A stretch of DNA of 64,000 bases from the human T2T-CHM13v2.0 reference genome, Homo sapiens. How positions within the stretch are numbered: position 1 is the stretch's first letter; the number at the start of each line of letters is the position of its first letter. The notes below the pieces were generated by a model. That model was not told the DNA's origin. It did no database searches and saw nothing but the letters and a program-made list of their open reading frames with translations. The stretch lies in NCBI RefSeq assembly GCF_009914755.1, contig NC_060947.1; one strand, 5' to 3'. A program made the translations under genes and the position numbers. Of the stretch, positions 58,130 to 64,000 are shown piece by piece.

Positions 58130-59760
58130 ATAAAGTAATAAAAATATGTTTAAATGCATGATATCATGTAATGACAATAGTCACCATTAAAGAATTCCAA
58201 TGTAACCAACCTATCATTTTGAAAACTGGAAACTAAAGGTAAAGATACAAGCATTTGTCCTGTTTTTCCTAATATAGAAAGGGTGATCAAATAATAAATG
58301 TGGGGAAGTTTCTTCTTATTCTAGCTAAGAAACTAAAAAGTAATGATAGAATTAGAATATAACCATTCTAATGTAATCCCTAATTATCAGTGAATTTAAT
58401 ATTAAGCATTATTAGTTGATAACATCACAAGACACCAGACATTATATGTGCCTCCTGTTGAAGAACCTAACACTACCAATGAAGTATTCTTGACAAAATA
58501 CAAGCTAGAATCTAACCAAGCTTTTATATCAGCTATCAATTTACAAGAAATATAGAGTAAGAGAAATATCTTAAATGACACCACAGGGAGGCCTTGAGCA
58601 AAACTCTGGATGTGGGAAACTCTACTGGAAAACTGACTCAGTTTCTTCAACAAATAGACCTTAAAGAATGGGAAGAGAGAGATGGAAGGGGAAATCTATG
58701 GATTAAAGGACTTACTAGATGTTATTGAATTGCAGTGTGTGGACTTTATCTTGATCCAGTTTCAATGAAACTATATATATATCTGTATGAGACATTTCAA
58801 AAATTTGAACACTGGGAAGATAGTTGATGATATTAAAATTGTCGGTTATTTTTGAGACAGGGTCTCACTCTGTCACCCAGGCTGGAGTGCAGTGGCATGA
58901 TCATGGCTCACGGCATCCTCGACCTCCCAGGCTCAAGTGATCTTCCCACCTCAGCCTCCTGAGTAGCTGGAACCACGGGTGTGCACCACCATGCCCAGCT
59001 AATTTTTTGATTAGCCACTATGTTGCCCAGGCTGGTCTTGACTCCTGACCACAAGCAGTCCTCCCAACCTGGCTCCCAAAGTGCTGCTGCGATTACAGAT
59101 GTGAGACACTCCACCTGGCCAAATTGTCCATTTTTGAGACATGATAATGGTATTATGATTTTAAAATCTTAAAGTGTGTTAGTCTGTTCTCACACCGCTA
59201 TAAAGAAATACCTGAGACTGGGTAATTTATAAAGAAAAGAGGTTTAACTGACTCACAGTTCTACAGGCTGTACAGTAGGCATGGTGGTATCATCTTCTGG
59301 AGAGGCCTCAGGGAACTTACAATCACGTCAGAAGGCAAAGTGGGAGGAGGCACTTCACATGGGGAGCAGGAAGAAGACGGGGGTGGAAGTACTACACATG
59401 TTTAAACAACCAGATCTCATGAGAACTCACTCTCTATTGTGAGGATGTACCAAGAGGGAAATCTGCCCTCATGATCCAATCACCTTCCACCAGGCTCCCC
59501 CTCCAACATTGAGGACTACAATTCGACATGAGATTTGGGTGGGGACACAGATCCAAACCATATCATAAAGTCTGAATGGAATTCTATGATGTTTGGGATT
59601 TGCTTTAAAGTAATCCAGAGTAGAGGATGGGGGCATAGAACATGGTCAACAAAATTGGGCATGAGTTGATCATTGTTAATGCTGGGTAACGGTTACGTGG
59701 AGATTCATTACACAATTCTGTATTTTGTTTATGTTTAAAATTTTCCATAATACAAAATTC
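58130..59760 (+). mobile_element. L1MC/ME 3' region interrupted by AluJ (58848-59120, -) and MSTA
   Basis: Degenerate L1M 3'UTR ending tttaaaattttccataata. Confidence 0.65.
59175..59565 (-). mobile_element. MSTA solo LTR
   Basis: Perfect TSD TAAAG (59170-59174 / 59566-59570). Confidence 0.9.
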
Positions 59761-59830
59761 AGAGTTAGGACAGTTTACTTTGGGAAGTGAGAGCTCTCAC
59801 TAACATCATGAGTTGACTTGGTTAGCATCC

Positions 59831-60251
59831 TGATATGGCTTTGCTGTGTTCCCACCCAAATCTCATCTTGAATTGTAGCTTCCATAATCCCCATGTGTCG
59901 TGGGAGGTAACTGAATCATGAGGGTGGTTACCCTCATGCTGTTCTCATGATAGTGAGTTCTCACAAGATTTGATGGTTTTATACTGGGCTTCCCCCTGCC
60001 TTCACTCTCATTCTTCCCTCTCCTGCCACCCTGTGAAGAAGGACATGTTGGCTTCCCCCTGCCTTCACTCTCATTCTTCCCTCTCCTGCCACCCTGTGAA
60101 GAAGGACATGTTGGCTTCCCCTTCTGCCATGACTGTAAGTTTCTTGAGGCCTCCCAGCCAGGCAGAACTGTGAGTCAATTAAACCTTGTTTCTTAATAAA
60201 TTACCCAATCTCAGGTATGTCCTTATAGCAGCGTGAGAATGGACTAACACA
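59831..60251 (+). mobile_element. THE1D-like solo LTR with internal 63-bp tandem duplication
   Basis: tgatatggctttgctgtg...ggactaacaca; TSD catcc / caccc. Confidence 0.9.
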
Positions 60252-60428
60252 CACCCAGAGGTAATTATGGGGTGAGGAAAGTGGGATGAATTTACTAATT
60301 TCTATATGACTCTAGTACTTGAATGAGCAGCCCTGGTAGGGTTGATGGCACCATATGACTATTTCTAGCCAAAGATTTATGAATGGAAGTGGCATCTATT
60401 ACTTTTGAGCCAGAGGACTGAGAACCTA

Positions 60429-60848
<420 letters not shown>

Positions 60849-61236
60849 TTAAATGAGAAAACTAAACAAATGGGGAGAGAAAAAGAGAATGAGAACTCAA
60901 GAACAAGGAGTGTAGCTTTTATGATATTCAAATTCATACATTCAGAGATTCAGGTATATAGTAAATTGATAAAGCAAGAACAGAATGCTGCAACAAAAGA
61001 GTAATCATGGATAAGAAAGACTTTTTAGAAATTAAAAAATAATTACATAAAAATTTATTTTATGCTTTAAATTTATTACTTATATTATAAATTTATAATA
61101 TGAAGTCAAGGAACATAAAGCAAAACCAGAAAAAGCTAAAAAACAAGAGAAAAGTTGAGACATGGAGAATCAGTCCAACTTTGGTTTAGTAGTTGTTCTT
61201 AAAAAGATGACAGATAAAATGGAAGTGATGCAATAA

Positions 61237-61527
<291 letters not shown>

Positions 61528-61719
61528 CAATAACTTTTTAAAGAAGAAAATTTCTCAGAAGTGAAGAAACACATGACTATTTAAATTGAAAGGGCTCTTC
61601 AATTCAGAATAAGTTAAATAAAAACAAGATCAACACTTACTCCTGAAAGAAAATTATAGGCCCAGATAATTTTGAGTTCTATCAAATATTTAAGAAACAT
61701 AATACAAAGGATAACACCA

Positions 61720-63328
61720 GAGAGGGTGGAGCAAGATGGCGGAATAGAAGGCTACATCATTTATTCCCCTCACTGAAACAACTTTTGACAACTATCTGCA
61801 CACAGAAAAGCACCATCATAAGAACCAACAATCAGGTGAGCACTCACAGTATCTAGTTTTAACTACATATTGTGGAAAGTGGCATTGAGGAGGGAAGGAG
61901 AAACATTCTTAAGTCACCAACACCACCCCTCCCTCATCCCCTGGCAGTAGAGAGAATCTGTGCACTTGCGAGAGGAAGAACACAGTGACTAGGGGACTTT
62001 ACATTGAACTCAGTCCTGCCCTGTCACAGCAGAGAATAAAACCGTGCCAGGCTCAGCCAGCAATCATGCACGGAGGGAGCATTTGGACCAGCCCTAATCA
62101 GAGGGGAATCACCCAGTCCAGTGGTGGAAACTTGAGTTTATCAGAAGCCTTGCAACTGCAGACTGAAGTGCTCTGGCGTCCTAGGTAAACCTTGAATGGC
62201 AGACTAGGGCACAAAGACTACAATTCCTAGTGATAGGCTGGGCTTAGAGCCAGTGAACTAGGGTGGCACATGACCTAGGGAGACAACACCCAAGTATCTA
62301 AAGGAGTGCTTATGCCCCTCCTCCCCCAACCACAGGGAGTGCAGCTTGTAGCAACGAAAGTGACTCCTTCCTTCTGCTTAAGGAGAGGAGAGCGAAGAGT
62401 AAAAACGACTTTGTCTTGCATCTTGGATACCAGCTCAGCCACAGTAGGATAGGGCACTGGACAAAGTCATGAGGCACCCATTCCAGGTCCTAGCTCCTGA
62501 ACGAAAATTCTAGACACACTGTGGGCCAAAAGAAAACCCACTGCCTTAAACAGAAGGATCCAGTACTGGCAGGATTAATCACCTGCTGACTAAAGAGCCC
62601 TCAGGCCCTGAATAACCAGCAGTGATAACCAGGCAGTACTCCATGGGCCTTGAGCTCTGAGATGTGCTGGCTTCTGGGGGTGATTCAGCACATTTCCAGT
62701 GTGGTGGCTACCGTGAAAGACTACTTCTGTTTGAGAAAAGCAGAGGGAAAAATAAAGGTGACTTTACCTTGCACCCTAGGTACTAACTCGGCCACAGTGG
62801 GGTCAAGGAACAAGCAGGCTCCTGGGGACCCTGAGTCCAGGACTAGGCCTTAGACAGCATTTCTGAACTTGCCCTGGACAAGAGAGGAGTCCACTGCCAT
62901 AAAGGGTGAATCCCAGGCTTGGCAGCATTCACCACAAGCTTATAGAAGAGCCCTTGGGGTCTAAGCAAATATCAGTGGTGGCCTGGCAGAACCCCCCATG
63001 GAGCAGTGGTGGTGGCCATGGGAAGAGGCTCCTCTGCTGGTGGAAAGGGGAAGAAAGAGCAGGAAGGACTTTGTATTGTGGCTTGAGTGCCAGCTTATTT
63101 GCAGTAGAATAGAACATCAGGAAAATTGCAAAGGTTTTTGACTCTGATCCCTGGCTCCCAGACAGCATCTCTGGACATACCTGGGGTCTGGGGGGAAGTC
63201 ATCAACTGAAAGGGAAGGGACTTGGGCAAGGCCCTGTGCTGTGGTGGCTTCAGGCCTGACCCAGTGCAGTCTCAGTGGTGGTGGCCACAGGAGTGCTTGC
63301 ATCACCACTCCCCAGTTCCAGGTGGCTC

Positions 63329-63364
<36 letters not shown>

Positions 63365-64000
63365 TCCCTTTGTTTGGGAAAAAGTAAAGGAAAAAAGCAA
63401 GAGTCTCTGGCCAGTAATCCAGAGAATTCTTCCAGATCAAATTCAAGACCACCAAGGCAGTACCTCTATGAGTCTGCAAAAACTACAGTGCTCTAGGGCT
63501 TGGTGCCCAAGTCCCTTTGAATACCTGGAAAACCTTTCCAAGGAGGCCAGGCACAAACAATCCCAGACTGTGAAGACTACAATAAATACCTAGCTCTTTA
63601 ATACCCAGACACCAGTGAATATCTACAAGCATCAACACCATCCAGGAAAACATGACCTCACCAAATAAACTAAATAAGGAACCAGGAAACAATCTTGGAG
63701 AAACAGAGATATGTGACCTTTCGGACAGATAATTCAAATTAGCTGTTTTGAGGAAACTCAAAGAGATTCATGATAACGCAGAGAAGGAATTCAGAATTCT
63801 ATCAGATAAATTTAACAAAGAGGTTGAAATAATTATAAGAATCAAGGAGAAATTCTAGAGTTGAAAAATGCAATTGATATGCTGAAGAATGCATCAGAAT
63901 CTCTTAATAGCAGAATTGATCGAGCAGAAGAATTAGCAAGTTTTTCTGCTTACAAATGTATCTAAAAATTCAATAATAATAAAAAAGAATTAGTGAGCTT
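61720..64000 (+). mobile_element. L1M/L1MA-type long 5'UTR and start of ORF1 (~63652), runs off window; (GA)n 63330-63362
   Basis: gagggtggagcaagatggcggaatagaagg 5' terminus; atgacctcaccaaataaactaaataagg ORF1 start. Confidence 0.8.

Overview
Primate (human-like) genomic DNA, dominated by transposable elements. The only host protein-coding sequence I can support is the terminal exon of YIPF6 (+ strand, 5340-5458, ...ASTAFLADSQPPNRRALAVYPVFLFYFVISWMILTFTPQ*), a gene known to lie on Xq. It is preceded by an antisense intronic L1PA7/8 and followed by a ~5.3 kb 3'UTR containing a complete piggyBac MER75. The rest is intergenic: Alus, L1s, L2/MIR, MaLR/ERV LTRs, a U6 pseudogene, and a two-LTR MLT1F provirus swollen by a nested ~11 kb insertion stack. 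The most notable hidden feature is at ~45100-49070. Reading across stops and frameshifts, it is an ancient Ty3/gypsy (sushi-ichi/PEG10/RTL1-like) retrotransposon fossil with protease, RT and integrase motifs in gypsy order, split by later MER63 and MLT1J insertions; the ORF track does not show it. Other highlights are an L1 3' transduction inside an Alu linker, a probable orphan transduction, an intact ORF0-like frame aimed at the YIPF6 last exon, a PGBD4-like dORF in the UTR, and templated duplication scars. Repeat subfamily names come from recalled consensus sequences and boundaries are approximate. No database search was run.
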